This document shows, piece after piece, positions 52,111-61,177 of a stretch of DNA of 64,000 nucleotides; the first letter of the stretch is position 1; each line of letters starts with the position of its first letter. A model generated the notes under the pieces. The model made no database searches. It saw only the letters and a list, made by a program, of their open reading frames with translations, and was not told where the DNA came from. The DNA comes from Patescibacteria group bacterium (GTDB taxonomy: Bacteria > Patescibacteriota > Microgenomatia > UBA8517), in the NCBI GenBank assembly GCA_022868165.1, contig JALHYA010000017.1, positions 11,634-75,633 on the forward strand. Reading direction: 5' to 3'. Made by a program: the position numbers and the translations under genes.

Positions 52111-53076
52111 TTAGTACGACAAAGCTTCGATTCCCGGTAAAGTTTGTTTCGCCAAAAATTCAAGCATTGCTCCCCCGCCGACCGAAATCCAATCAAACTT
52201 ATCTTCAAGGTTATACATAGATACAACAACATTGCTGTCGCCGCCTCCGGTAATTTTATGGGCCGAGGAAGATGCAACTTTTTTGAATATTCTTTCCGTA
52301 CCCTGCCTGTGTCCCTTATCTTCATACTTTCCCATAGGCCCGGCAATAACGATTGTTTTGGCTTTCTCAATCTCGTTTTCAAAACGCTCGATTGAATTAA
52401 TTGTCATGTCCTCTTTATCCATAACAAGGTTGGCGGTAACAATCTTTTCATTCGGACCAATCGTGCGAATGCTACCCTCAAATCCCATATAATCCGGAAT
52501 TCTTCCGCCGATAAGTAATTTGTCCGCAATTTCAGCCAGCGGTTTAATCAAATCCAGTTTATCTTCTTTGGAGCCTCCAAGAATTACAACGATGGGCCTT
52601 TTGGGATTTTCAAAAATAACACTTAGTTTTTCAACCTCTTGACAAAATCTGAAGCCTGCCGCGTGGGGAAGAAGTTTCGGAAGTCCGACTATGGATGCGT
52701 GCACCCGATGACTTGCCGCAAAAGCTTCGTTAACGTAAAGTTCGCCATTCTCCGCCAGTTTTTTTGCAAAATCCGAGTCATTGGCCTCCTCCCCAGGGTC
52801 GAAGCGCAAATTTTCCAACACGGAAAACTCTACTTCCCTGACTATTTTTCTTAGCCGCTCCTCAATCGGTTTGAGACCCAGACTTTCTACCTTAACCCCA
52901 TTTGGTCTTCCCCTGTGACCAATGAGTGTAATCCCAGCCCCGTTGTCCGACAAAAATTTAAGCGTAGGAGCCAATGCCCTGAGGCGGAAGTCTTCTTCAT
53001 CGGGAACATCGAGATCGGCACGAACTAGCACCTTTTTGCCGCTAACCTCCAGGTTTTGGACAGAAGGAAGATTCAT
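52111..53076 (-). CDS. pgk: phosphoglycerate kinase (compact, 321 aa)
   Basis: GKKVLVRADLDVP, NEAFAASHRVHAS and GGGDS motifs. About 70 aa shorter than typical bacterial Pgk. Confidence 0.85.
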   Translation of the reverse strand: MNLPSVQNLEVSGKKVLVRADLDVPDEEDFRLRALAPTLKFLSDNGAGITLIGHRGRPNGVKVESLGLKPIEERLRKIVREVEFSVLENLRFDPGEEANDSDFAKKLAENGELYVNEAFAASHRVHASIVGLPKLLPHAAGFRFCQEVEKLSVIFENPKRPIVVILGGSKEDKLDLIKPLAEIADKLLIGGRIPDYMGFEGSIRTIGPNEKIVTANLVMDKEDMTINSIERFENEIEKAKTIVIAGPMGKYEDKGHRQGTERIFKKVASSSAHKITGGGDSNVVVSMYNLEDKFDWISVGGGAMLEFLAKQTLPGIEALSY

Positions 53077-53080
53077 TACA

Positions 53081-53530
53081 CTAATTATTGGCTTCTATTT
53101 TTTCTATGTCGGCAAGTCTTCTTACAGATCTCGCTTTCCCGGTAAATTCCGTTTCCAAAAAAGCCTTAACCATCTCTTTCGCTTCTTCTTCTTTTGTATA
53201 GTCTGCCGCGATAACCAAAATATTCATATCATCACCATTTCTCCCGGCTTTAACTTGCTCGGGACTCTTACCGATTGAGGCTCTCACTCCGTCGATTTTA
53301 TTGGCCGCAACGTCAACGCCGACCCCGGAGCCGCAAAGAAGGATCCCTATTCCTTGACCCGCGCCTACTATCGAACCAACTTTTTGAGCATAAAGGGGGT
53401 AATCGTCGTTTGGGTCATGCGCATATGCGCCTAAATCTTCCCACTGATAATTCCACCGGCTCAGCCAATCTTTAATTTTCTCTTTATATTCAAACCCCCG
53501 ATGGTCGGTTCCCAAAAACACCTTCATCAT
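53081..53530 (-). CDS. rpiB: ribose-5-phosphate isomerase B
   Basis: MKVFLGTDHRGFEYK and the catalytic Cys region LLCGSGVGVDVAANK. Confidence 0.88.
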   Translation of the reverse strand: MMKVFLGTDHRGFEYKEKIKDWLSRWNYQWEDLGAYAHDPNDDYPLYAQKVGSIVGAGQGIGILLCGSGVGVDVAANKIDGVRASIGKSPEQVKAGRNGDDMNILVIAADYTKEEEAKEMVKAFLETEFTGKARSVRRLADIEKIEANN

Positions 53531-54186
53531 TTGAATCCTTCCGTTAAATCCAAAAGCTGGGCTTTCGGGTCTTGAGCTTTGACAACGTCCGTTGCCACAG
53601 CAACTCCTGCGGCCCCAAGTTCCAAGCTTTTTCTAACATCTTCCTGCGAATGTATTCCTGCTCCAACTATCAAGGGAATCCCGGAAGCTTTTGCGTACTC
53701 GTATGCTTCTTTTACTATTTCCGGCTTGGCAGTAGATACGGAAGTCGTGGTACTGCCTACCAGTTCAGGAGGTTCATAAGCAAGATAGTCCGGCCTTAGG
53801 GTGAGAACCTGTTTAAGTTCGTTTATATCGGCCGCAAAGACTAAAGTCTTAAGAGACGCCTCCTTACATTTTTCGACCGCCAAAGATAAAGAGTTCCAAT
53901 CCGGAAATTTGTGTTCCGAATGGTTTAGAAAGACTCCGCGGACTCCGGACTTTGCAACCTCCTGGGGCAACACCCAACCCGTGTAGGGACCGTAAGAAAC
54001 CGGGTCAACGTGTTGAATCCAAACCTCAAGTTGAGTGGAGTTTATAACCGTCTCGGCATCGATTACCTGAACAACGGGAATAATTTTAATCTGGGTCGCA
54101 CGCGCTACTTCTTCCAAAATCTTTGTCAAGGCAAGCGCACGCTCGCCGCTTGCTTCCGCATAGGTTTTATAATTTACAAAAATCAT
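53527..54186 (-). CDS. tpiA: triosephosphate isomerase (short archaeal-type)
   Basis: 219 aa. MIFVNYKTY start, LNHSEH catalytic His context, YEPPELVG catalytic Glu context. Confidence 0.82.
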   Translation of the reverse strand: MIFVNYKTYAEASGERALALTKILEEVARATQIKIIPVVQVIDAETVINSTQLEVWIQHVDPVSYGPYTGWVLPQEVAKSGVRGVFLNHSEHKFPDWNSLSLAVEKCKEASLKTLVFAADINELKQVLTLRPDYLAYEPPELVGSTTTSVSTAKPEIVKEAYEYAKASGIPLIVGAGIHSQEDVRKSLELGAAGVAVATDVVKAQDPKAQLLDLTEGFK

Positions 54187-54437
54187 TCGCTAATTCCCAA
54201 AGTCTGGTTAAATTTTCCCTTGTCGAATCCAATTATCGATTCCTTGCTGCCGTCATCTTTAACAACAACACTAAACGGAACCCCCAAAAATCCTCCGGAA
54301 ACTGTTTCCATCTCTTTTTGCGCAGCCTCGTCCATATCCACCAGTTTCTCGGAAAATGTTTTTCCCTTCTGGGTAAGATAATCCTTAAGCATTTTGCAGT
54401 ACGGACAAGTTGTGGTTGAGTAAATCGTGATTTGCAT
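54183..54437 (-). CDS. glutaredoxin-like (NrdH/YruB-type) protein
   Basis: 84 aa. ITIYSTTTCPYCKMLKDYL CxxC thioredoxin fold. First gene of the carbon-metabolism cluster. Confidence 0.82.
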   Translation of the reverse strand: MQITIYSTTTCPYCKMLKDYLTQKGKTFSEKLVDMDEAAQKEMETVSGGFLGVPFSVVVKDDGSKESIIGFDKGKFNQTLGISE

Positions 54438-54509
54438 GCTCTCACCCCCTAATATCCTATCTTATACTATACAGCTTTATTTTCCGCATTTTTAACGCAC
54501 TATTTCCGC

Positions 54510-54538
54510 TTGACTATCCCGCAAAAAAATTCTAACCT
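54510..54538 (+). promoter_or_regulatory. sigma70-like promoter TTGACT-N17-TAACCT
   Basis: Hexamers and spacing read directly. Positioned just upstream of the riboswitch-like element. Confidence 0.5.
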
Positions 54539-54544
54539 CCCCTT

Positions 54545-54655
54545 AAGAGGTTGTGTTCAAGGAACCCTGTGAGATTCAGGGGCTGTGCCGCAACTGTAGA
54601 GCCAGAAAACTAGCAACCAGAAGGTCCCGAGTGTAATCGAGGGATCATTCCGAGC
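54545..54655 (+). ncRNA. cobalamin riboswitch-like leader (compact variant)
   Basis: Core AAGGAACCCTGTGAGATTCAGGGGCTGTGCCGCAACTGTAGAG parallels the remembered core GGGAA..GGUGAGAAUCC..GC.G.CCCGC.ACUGU. B12-box-like AGCCAGAAAACTAGCA matches AGCCAGGAGACCUGCC at 11/16. P1 candidate GGTTG/CAACC. Ends at the AGGA-N6-ATG of the next gene. Confidence 0.7.
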
Positions 54656-54663
54656 AGGAAAAA

Positions 54664-55443
54664 ATGTCTAGAGAAACAATTTATTCACAAGATGTAGAGT
54701 ATGAGGCTTCGGTTTCTCTTGAAACCAATAGAATCCCCGACCCATACCACTATTTTTTTAAGAATGGAAAACTCTACTCCCCCGTAACCAATGAGCCTGT
54801 CGAAAATTCAATAACCATATATCGTGCACTGAATGAAGACGAATCTTCAGCGTTTCAAAAAATCCAAAAATGGTTTGTTGAAAGCGAGGAGGGAATGGTT
54901 GTCTGGATAAGTCCTCCCCATCCTGAAAGGTCTCCCAATACAAAAATAATTTTTTCTGACATTGTTTACGAGCTAGGCTCGGGAAAGAAGCTTCGCAATA
55001 GAGCCGTCTGTATTGGTTTAACTCCTAACGGTTGTGTTGCCTTTGCAAGACGGCTGGGCTTTTCGGGCGCTATCTCGGCTGAAGAGCTGCGCGCTTCGCC
55101 GCTTTTTCTCGACAAAATATCTCCTGATGAATTTATCGATATTCTCGCAGAATATACACAAAAACAGGCTCGAATTATCAAAAGCGGCGAAGATTTTATT
55201 ATCAAAGAGAACCTTAAGGCCAGGATAGCACTTGGCTATCCAGCTCCTATCGGGCCTTATCCCTCAAGCTGCGGACCGGCTTTGCAATCTGCATTTAATG
55301 TGATGTTTGGAAATTCCCTGAATATAAGCGAGGCCTACTTTGACTGCCCAAAATGCCACAAGGCAATTCCCTCGGGGCGGGGTATAACCACCTGCCCGCA
55401 TTGCGGAGCCATAAAGGAGGATTACAATTCCGGCTGCGACTAG
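54664..55443 (+). CDS. hypothetical soluble protein with C-terminal zinc ribbon, downstream of cobalamin riboswitch-like leader
   Basis: 259 aa, no TM helix. C-terminus CPKCHKAIPSGRGITTCPHCG. No family recognised. Confidence 0.7.
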   Translation: MSRETIYSQDVEYEASVSLETNRIPDPYHYFFKNGKLYSPVTNEPVENSITIYRALNEDESSAFQKIQKWFVESEEGMVVWISPPHPERSPNTKIIFSDIVYELGSGKKLRNRAVCIGLTPNGCVAFARRLGFSGAISAEELRASPLFLDKISPDEFIDILAEYTQKQARIIKSGEDFIIKENLKARIALGYPAPIGPYPSSCGPALQSAFNVMFGNSLNISEAYFDCPKCHKAIPSGRGITTCPHCGAIKEDYNSGCD

Positions 55444-55458
55444 AGCAGTGAATATATC

Positions 55459-55483
55459 AAAGGGTCGGATGCAAATCCCTTTT
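55459..55483. terminator. hairpin AAAGGG-N11-CCCTTTT between convergent genes
   Basis: 6-bp GC-containing stem followed by a T-run on the plus strand. Located between the 55443 stop and the 55483 stop. Confidence 0.35.
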
Positions 55484-55689
55484 CATTTCGAACCTCCTAC
55501 CGACGGCTGACCCGAAGGAGTAACTACCTGCGATCCCCCCGTCTGTCCCGGACCTTGAAGATCATTTAAATCATTCATCCCCCTCCCAAGATTCGACCTT
55601 CCGAGGAAAAACCCTATTGTGCCTGCTACCAGAAGTCCAATCACCACCCAAGTAATAATTAAGGCTTTCTTAGCATCCATAAAAATCAC
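55483..55689 (-). CDS. small single-TM protein with Gly/Pro-rich tail
   Basis: 68 aa. TM helix ALIITWVVIGLLVAGTIGFFLG. Confidence 0.45.
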   Translation of the reverse strand: MIFMDAKKALIITWVVIGLLVAGTIGFFLGRSNLGRGMNDLNDLQGPGQTGGSQVVTPSGQPSVGGSK

Positions 55690-55872
55690 CGCCTCACAGA
55701 AGTCATTAAAATAAAGCTACATCATTTTTGTCTAAGGTTTCAAGGGGAACTAGTGGTTTGGCTTGAAAAACGCTTTTAATTATGAGTAATATTAGAATGC
55801 GAAAGCCTCTGGTTATGGCGGTAGCTTTTATTTTAGGCTCAATTTTTGTCTTCTTGAGAAAAAGGAGGCGCA

Positions 55873-57387
55873 TTGTTAACTAAGTGGGGAAAAAGATTAC
55901 TTGTCTCTCTCTTTTTGGTTTTTTTATCTTTCGCGATTTACCTTTACAAAGTTGAGGAAATAACCCCCGGTGCTTGGGGCGATGAGATTGTAATAGGACA
56001 AACCTCAGAAAAACTAGTCAAATCCCCCGGGTTTTCGGTATTCGTTGATGTTAACTATGGACACCCAACTCCTCTCCTTTATCTTACGGGGTCGGTAACA
56101 AATTTATTTGGCAAAAGTCTGACATCCCTTAGGCTGGTAAGCATAATGTTTGGGGCCTTGGGTGTCGGTTTAAGTTATCTGCTATTTACCCTGTTTTTCG
56201 ACGAACAAGTATCTTTTCTTGGGGCACTTGCGATGCTGACCTCATATCCACTAATTATTATTTCCCGCTTTGCTTACGAGGCAACTGCGGCCATATTCTT
56301 CGGAGTACTTTCGATTCTTTTTGGCATACAAATGGTAAAGACGAAAAAAGTATATTGGGCTTTACTGTTTGGGGTCGCTCTTGGAGCGGGAATATACACT
56401 TATCTGGGGTTTAGAACCATGGCCCCCTTAATATTTCTGGTTTTCTCCCTCATACTTTTTAAACAAGAGGCTCCAAGAAAAGCTCTTGTCAAAACCCTTC
56501 TCGTTATGTTTACCGTTGCTGTCATCTCCTCTCCCATTCTGATTTATGCATTCAGAAATCCTCAACAATTTTGGGCAAGAACTAAATCTGTCTCTATCTT
56601 TAACTACAACCTGTCTCCGAGTGGGATTCTAAAGGAATTTGGTGCGGGAACGGCCAGAACCATAGGAATGTTTTTCGTAACAGGAGATCCAAATCCGAGA
56701 CAAAACCCCTCCGGAACAACAATGTTTGATTTACTCACAACATGCCTGATGCTAGTGGGGGTCGTCTATTTATGGAGAAAAAATAAAGTTGTAGCATATG
56801 TATGTCTTTTTCTTGCTATCTCTCCCTTAATTAATGATATTTTCACCGTCGAATTTTTCCCGGAATTTCATTACTACGGTACAGGCCATCCGAACGTTCT
56901 TAGAGTTTCGGGAATAATACCCATTGTCTATTTTTTAGTTACCGCAGGACTAGCAAGTATAAAAAGCTTTCTCTCTACCCAGCTAGATAAGAAAAAGGTG
57001 GTCTGGGTACTCATTTTGATAGTGGGAATCGCTCTCTTAATTAATCTGGGGAGGTATTTTGGCCAAACCGTTAGCAGGTTTAACTATGTAATAAATGGTG
57101 CAGGGGAAATAAAAATAGCGAAATACATAAATAAATCACAAAAACACAAAATCGTGCTCTCGCCAAGTCTCTACAACGATATACGAATACAATACTTAGT
57201 TAATGATAAAACGCTGGAAAAGTCGGACACTATTCCAAGTGAAGAGCTGACAATAATCAAATCAACCGACAACCCCGAGGTGATTAAAAAGATATTGGCG
57301 GGAGGAGAAATCAAACCAGTGGAGGTTTTTGTAAACCCGTGGAGTGAAGTTGAAGCCGTCGCAGTCTATGAAGTTAATACCCAATAA
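55873..57387 (+). CDS. glycosyltransferase family 39 / ArnT-PMT-like membrane glycosyltransferase
   Basis: 504 aa, more than 10 TM helices. DE motif in the first extracytoplasmic loop (GAWGDEIVIG). AAGGAGG Shine-Dalgarno 6 nt before the TTG start. Confidence 0.7.
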   Translation: MLTKWGKRLLVSLFLVFLSFAIYLYKVEEITPGAWGDEIVIGQTSEKLVKSPGFSVFVDVNYGHPTPLLYLTGSVTNLFGKSLTSLRLVSIMFGALGVGLSYLLFTLFFDEQVSFLGALAMLTSYPLIIISRFAYEATAAIFFGVLSILFGIQMVKTKKVYWALLFGVALGAGIYTYLGFRTMAPLIFLVFSLILFKQEAPRKALVKTLLVMFTVAVISSPILIYAFRNPQQFWARTKSVSIFNYNLSPSGILKEFGAGTARTIGMFFVTGDPNPRQNPSGTTMFDLLTTCLMLVGVVYLWRKNKVVAYVCLFLAISPLINDIFTVEFFPEFHYYGTGHPNVLRVSGIIPIVYFLVTAGLASIKSFLSTQLDKKKVVWVLILIVGIALLINLGRYFGQTVSRFNYVINGAGEIKIAKYINKSQKHKIVLSPSLYNDIRIQYLVNDKTLEKSDTIPSEELTIIKSTDNPEVIKKILAGGEIKPVEVFVNPWSEVEAVAVYEVNTQ

Positions 57388-57401
57388 ACCTTGCAAGATA
57401 A

Positions 57402-58172
57402 TTATTCTCTCCAAGCATAAATATAGCCATAGGGAGAGCCATCGGAAGTTAGACGCGTTTTAAATCCCAGCCTTTGAAATCTTTTGTTTAAATCTTCGTG
57501 TTTAACCGGCGACATATCGTCGTGATATTCCAGGGAAACCTTGCGGATTTTCTTCCAAACATAAGCCGGAGTCGAAAGAATAATTTTACCTTCGCTTCCT
57601 TCGGCATCAATCTTGAGAAAATCGACTTTCTTGAGATGGTATTTAGAGATAATAGATCTCAAAGTGAGCGTGGGAACCTCAATATTTTTTCTAAACCCTT
57701 CTTTCAGCAGAGAGCCGTGTGGATCGGATTTACCCAGATAAAACCTGGCCAGGCCGGTTTTGTCGGCCACAGCGGCTTGGACAACAACCGGCTCGGGAAG
57801 ATTATTTTCCTTAAAATTTCGATATATTAATCCGGCATTCTCGGGCAAAGGCTCGAAGGCGTAAATTTTGCCCGCATCCTTGGACGCGGCAAAAAGGCTA
57901 AAAACGCCAACGTTTGCTCCGATATCAACAACTACATCTCCGGATTCTATGGGCAAAAACTTAGGGGTATAGCCCTTACGAAAAAATATTTCGTCGACAA
58001 CGTCTAACAACAAACTCTTTCTGTTTCCCCGAATAACCAATCCATTTTTAAGTCTCAGCTGGGTAATCGGCTTGCAAAGGAGTCTCTGTTTTATAAGAAT
58101 TGCCAAGCCATCGGGATAATAAGACAAAAGGTGAGAGATATAGCGGTATTTTCCCGATAAATTTAATGCCAT
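57402..58172 (-). CDS. FkbM family methyltransferase
   Basis: VVDIGANVGVFSLFAA SAM motif and the FLKIDAEGSE signature. Confidence 0.82.
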   Translation of the reverse strand: MALNLSGKYRYISHLLSYYPDGLAILIKQRLLCKPITQLRLKNGLVIRGNRKSLLLDVVDEIFFRKGYTPKFLPIESGDVVVDIGANVGVFSLFAASKDAGKIYAFEPLPENAGLIYRNFKENNLPEPVVVQAAVADKTGLARFYLGKSDPHGSLLKEGFRKNIEVPTLTLRSIISKYHLKKVDFLKIDAEGSEGKIILSTPAYVWKKIRKVSLEYHDDMSPVKHEDLNKRFQRLGFKTRLTSDGSPYGYIYAWRE

Positions 58173-58234
58173 CTGAGTATTTGTTGGACAATTTTAGAAT
58201 AACGCAGGCGCTAGAAACAGTTGTAAAATGAAAC

Positions 58235-58399
58235 GTGTCATCAAAGACCACTTTTTATATAGCTGCCTTAATTGGTTCAGTAATCGGGGCTTACATACCG
58301 GCGCTCTGGGGAGCGGGTTTATTTTCGTTTTCCTCAGTTATTTTTAGTGCCATTGGAGGAATAGCCGGAATCGTAATCGTTTGGAAATTTTTTAAATAA
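58235..58399 (+). CDS. unlisted 54-aa Gly-rich two-TM peptide (GTG start)
   Basis: Hand translation gives (M)SSKTTFYIAALIGSVIGAYIPALWGAGLFSFSSVIFSAIGGIAGIVIVWKFFK*. Below the 60-aa ORF-track cutoff. More protein-like than the antisense ORF 58291-58473. Confidence 0.45.
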   Translation: MSSKTTFYIAALIGSVIGAYIPALWGAGLFSFSSVIFSAIGGIAGIVIVWKFFK

Positions 58400-58417
58400 A
58401 ACTTTTCCGCAAGGGAT

Positions 58418-58633
58418 TCATGAAAGAAGTAGGTTAAGGATAAAGGCGGCAGTAAAAAAAACCGCTCCGCCAAAACAAGGTGTCAGAAACGGATTGGGGG
58501 CCTTAATAGAACAACGACCGCTTCGGCATTTTATTTTCCCCTTTTTCCAATTAAGTAGCTCCGAGCCAAAATTAAACCAAGCAAAAAGAGTGCCCCCAAG
58601 AAGTACCCAGAATTGAATCCAAAGAATATCCAT
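58418..58633 (-). CDS. small membrane protein with Cys-rich loop
   Basis: 71 aa, two hydrophobic helices flanking KCRSGRCSIK...PC. Confidence 0.4.
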   Translation of the reverse strand: MDILWIQFWVLLGGTLFAWFNFGSELLNWKKGKIKCRSGRCSIKAPNPFLTPCFGGAVFFTAAFILNLLLS

Positions 58634-58733
58634 ACTTCATTCTAAACAATTTTTGAAGAAAAATCTCAATGGAAATAATCTGCTCCACCTGGTAGATCGT
58701 AGATGGTGAGGCAATCGAACCACGACTTTGGAC

Positions 58734-59327
58734 CTATTTCTCTGTAAATCCGAGCTTCTCTCCAACTGTAAACTGAATAAGGCTGAAGATAATAAAGTTA
58801 ACAATAAGGAGGTAAATTATGAAACTAGAATTGGCAAAGGTTAATTCTGTTAGCGTTAATAAAGTGAGCACAACCCCTATTGAAGTAGCTAACCAAGGCC
58901 AAGCAATTTCTGTATCAGGATATTTATATGCCTTGACGATTGTCGGTACTGCTGCCAAACCATCTGCCAAAATACTAAAAACTATCGCTATATTCCCCAC
59001 TTTTGTTATTAACCATAGAATTAACCCCATGACAGATAAGAGTCCGCAAGACAAATCAAATCGTGTCAATTTCCATTCTGCTTTTTTATTTACAAATGAC
59101 GCAATGAGAATCGTAAATGGAAGAAACCCTGCGCTAAAGGTCATCAGTGCTTCCAAACCAACCCCTTGTTTAATTTGTGCGGCAAAAGCTATAAATGGCG
59201 CAATAGACCAAAGTAAAAAAGAAACCCTATTAGGCTTCACCTTACCCCTCAAAGTGCTTATTAAATAGACAAGCGAGCCAATTGCACTTATAAGAGTTCC
59301 AACAATTACAAAATTTGGATGTAACAT
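58734..59327 (-). CDS. polytopic membrane protein, function unknown
   Basis: 197 aa, about 6 TM helices. Confidence 0.6.
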   Translation of the reverse strand: MLHPNFVIVGTLISAIGSLVYLISTLRGKVKPNRVSFLLWSIAPFIAFAAQIKQGVGLEALMTFSAGFLPFTILIASFVNKKAEWKLTRFDLSCGLLSVMGLILWLITKVGNIAIVFSILADGLAAVPTIVKAYKYPDTEIAWPWLATSIGVVLTLLTLTELTFANSSFIIYLLIVNFIIFSLIQFTVGEKLGFTEK

Positions 59328-59486
59328 CTTTTGAGTATATCAAAAGTTCTAATGCCGACTGAGGTATTGAAAAATTGAGGCTAAAATAAAATTTGAAAAC
59401 TCGTATAGGATATAAACATTCCCGGGAAGGTGGCGGAAAAAATTGTCAATTTTGAAGTAAAACCTACCCTTATATACAGATTATCT

Positions 59487-59729
59487 TTATTTAAATTTCG
59501 GGAAGATCTTTTTGATAAGATAGGCAATAAGTGTCAGTACTAGATAGAAAACGATAAAGAAGATGATAAAGTTAAGCACATAGTCGAGAATCTGTCTTGA
59601 AAGACTACGGGTGGCGATAATGTTGATATTTCTGGGGACAAAATTAAAAGCGTAAAACACAACAAGTAAGGAAGCGATTGCCGACACTAAAGCCCTTTTT
59701 TTAGAGATAAATATCTTCTTTCCCTTCAT
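59487..59729 (-). CDS. small two-TM membrane protein
   Basis: 80 aa hydrophobic ORF in the AT-rich block. Confidence 0.4.
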   Translation of the reverse strand: MKGKKIFISKKRALVSAIASLLVVFYAFNFVPRNINIIATRSLSRQILDYVLNFIIFFIVFYLVLTLIAYLIKKIFPKFK

Positions 59730-59750
59730 ATAAAGATTATATAATAAAAA

Positions 59751-60386
59751 ATGATGAAAAGATTTATTACCTTATTAGTATTTATAACAGCAATCCTCAT
59801 TTGTTTTTTTGTGTATCAAACATATCAGTATAATCGTCCCGTACCCAATGGAGCGGTGGCGTTAGAATTTCCTCTGAAAAATGGAGGTTTTATAGCCGTT
59901 CAAAGCGGCAGGTTTGGAAATATACATACCACCCCAGTTGAAAAATATGCTTTGGATATTGTAAGATCTCCCAGTTTAGCTTCATTTTTCAAATTTCGGC
60001 AGGCAGGTTTGGAGTCAGATGCTACGTATGGCACTCCGGTTTATAGTCCGTGTTTGGGTCGTGTAAAAAAAGTGAGAGATGGTATTTCCGACCAGCCGAT
60101 TGGAATAAAAAACCGTGCAGCCGGAAGCGGAAATACTGTAATTATTGGCTGTTTTGGCTTTGATGTCATGATGGCTCATTTTAAAATTAACTCAATCAAG
60201 GTAAAAGAGGGTGACCAAATTCAGATCGGAGAAGATATTGGTCAGATTGGTAATAGTGGGAACACCGACGGGCCTCATTTGCACATTGTGGCTTATCTTT
60301 CCAACGACTCAACCGGGGGAAAAATACCCTTGCCAATAACGTTTGCCGGAAAATATCTGCGTCGGGGTGACAATTTTACAAACTAA
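59751..60386 (+). CDS. M23 family metallopeptidase
   Basis: N-terminal TM or signal. GNSGNTDGPHLHI zinc-ligand motif. Confidence 0.82.
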   Translation: MMKRFITLLVFITAILICFFVYQTYQYNRPVPNGAVALEFPLKNGGFIAVQSGRFGNIHTTPVEKYALDIVRSPSLASFFKFRQAGLESDATYGTPVYSPCLGRVKKVRDGISDQPIGIKNRAAGSGNTVIIGCFGFDVMMAHFKINSIKVKEGDQIQIGEDIGQIGNSGNTDGPHLHIVAYLSNDSTGGKIPLPITFAGKYLRRGDNFTN

Positions 60387-60617
60387 GTTTTAGTAAAATG
60401 AAATATTGTGGAGTCTCAACCTTCTGTGTTGAACAGCTTTGAACACGGAAAAAATTAAGGTATATTAAGTGCCAACTGGCTCCTCGGGCAGGATTCCCTT
60501 CGGTAAACTCAGGGTAAATTTGTCGAATGAGCTTCACCCGACGGAGAATATTGGTAATATTAATACTTATTCCGGTGAAATTGATTTCGTTTAAGTTCTT
60601 ATCCATAATGCCTCTAT

Positions 60618-61070
60618 ATGTTGGAAAGAGAAACCTGTGCGTTGGCATCCGAAGAAGCATTGACAAGATCCTTGGAAAGTGCACGGTCATGGAGTAAAAA
60701 CGAGCTTGGTAGATATGTCCGAGGTGTTGTTTGTAAATTTAATTACGACATTTTCAGGTTTATCATTGATAATGAGCAAATGTCTGATATGTGTCTTGAT
60801 CCCAAAGAGGAAGGCTTGATTCGAGTTTCTCAAAAACAGCTGGATTTCATAAAACGACGACAAGAGGCTTTCAGCGGGATGATAGGGGCGGCTGAGGTTG
60901 ACCCTGAATCGATTTTTGTACACGAAATCACAGAGTTTATTGTGGACATTGATACCTCGGTATACCTACAAAATTGTGTACCCTTAACGAGATTTCCTCA
61001 TGATGTTGCCTGTATTGTAGAAAACGCCAACAGGAAAGAAAGAGGACTAAAACCCTGGTTTCACTACTAA
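60618..61070 (+). CDS. hypothetical protein (150 aa)
   Basis: Longest ORF in this interval, with a non-ATG start in the track. No motif recognised. Confidence 0.4.
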   Translation: MLERETCALASEEALTRSLESARSWSKNELGRYVRGVVCKFNYDIFRFIIDNEQMSDMCLDPKEEGLIRVSQKQLDFIKRRQEAFSGMIGAAEVDPESIFVHEITEFIVDIDTSVYLQNCVPLTRFPHDVACIVENANRKERGLKPWFHY

Positions 61071-61177
61071 AAATAGGATCCTCCCAAGGAGCTTCTTGTG
61101 CAATTGAAAACTGGTAGCTCAAATCAGAGAGGAAATAGAAAAAGTAAAACCCAATCTTATTGCGCTTACTCCACGCA

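Noticed and set aside
58186-58200. Short inverted match (AATTGTCCAA against GGATTGTCCAG at about 62736) as possible boundaries of the AT-rich block.
   Set aside because: Only 8 nt are shared, which is well within chance expectation.
60376-60690. 104-aa minus-strand ORF downstream of the M23 peptidase gene.
   Set aside because: It overlaps the start of the 60618-61070 ORF, has no start context or motif, and has an odd composition. Coding status is unresolved, so it is not reported as a feature.
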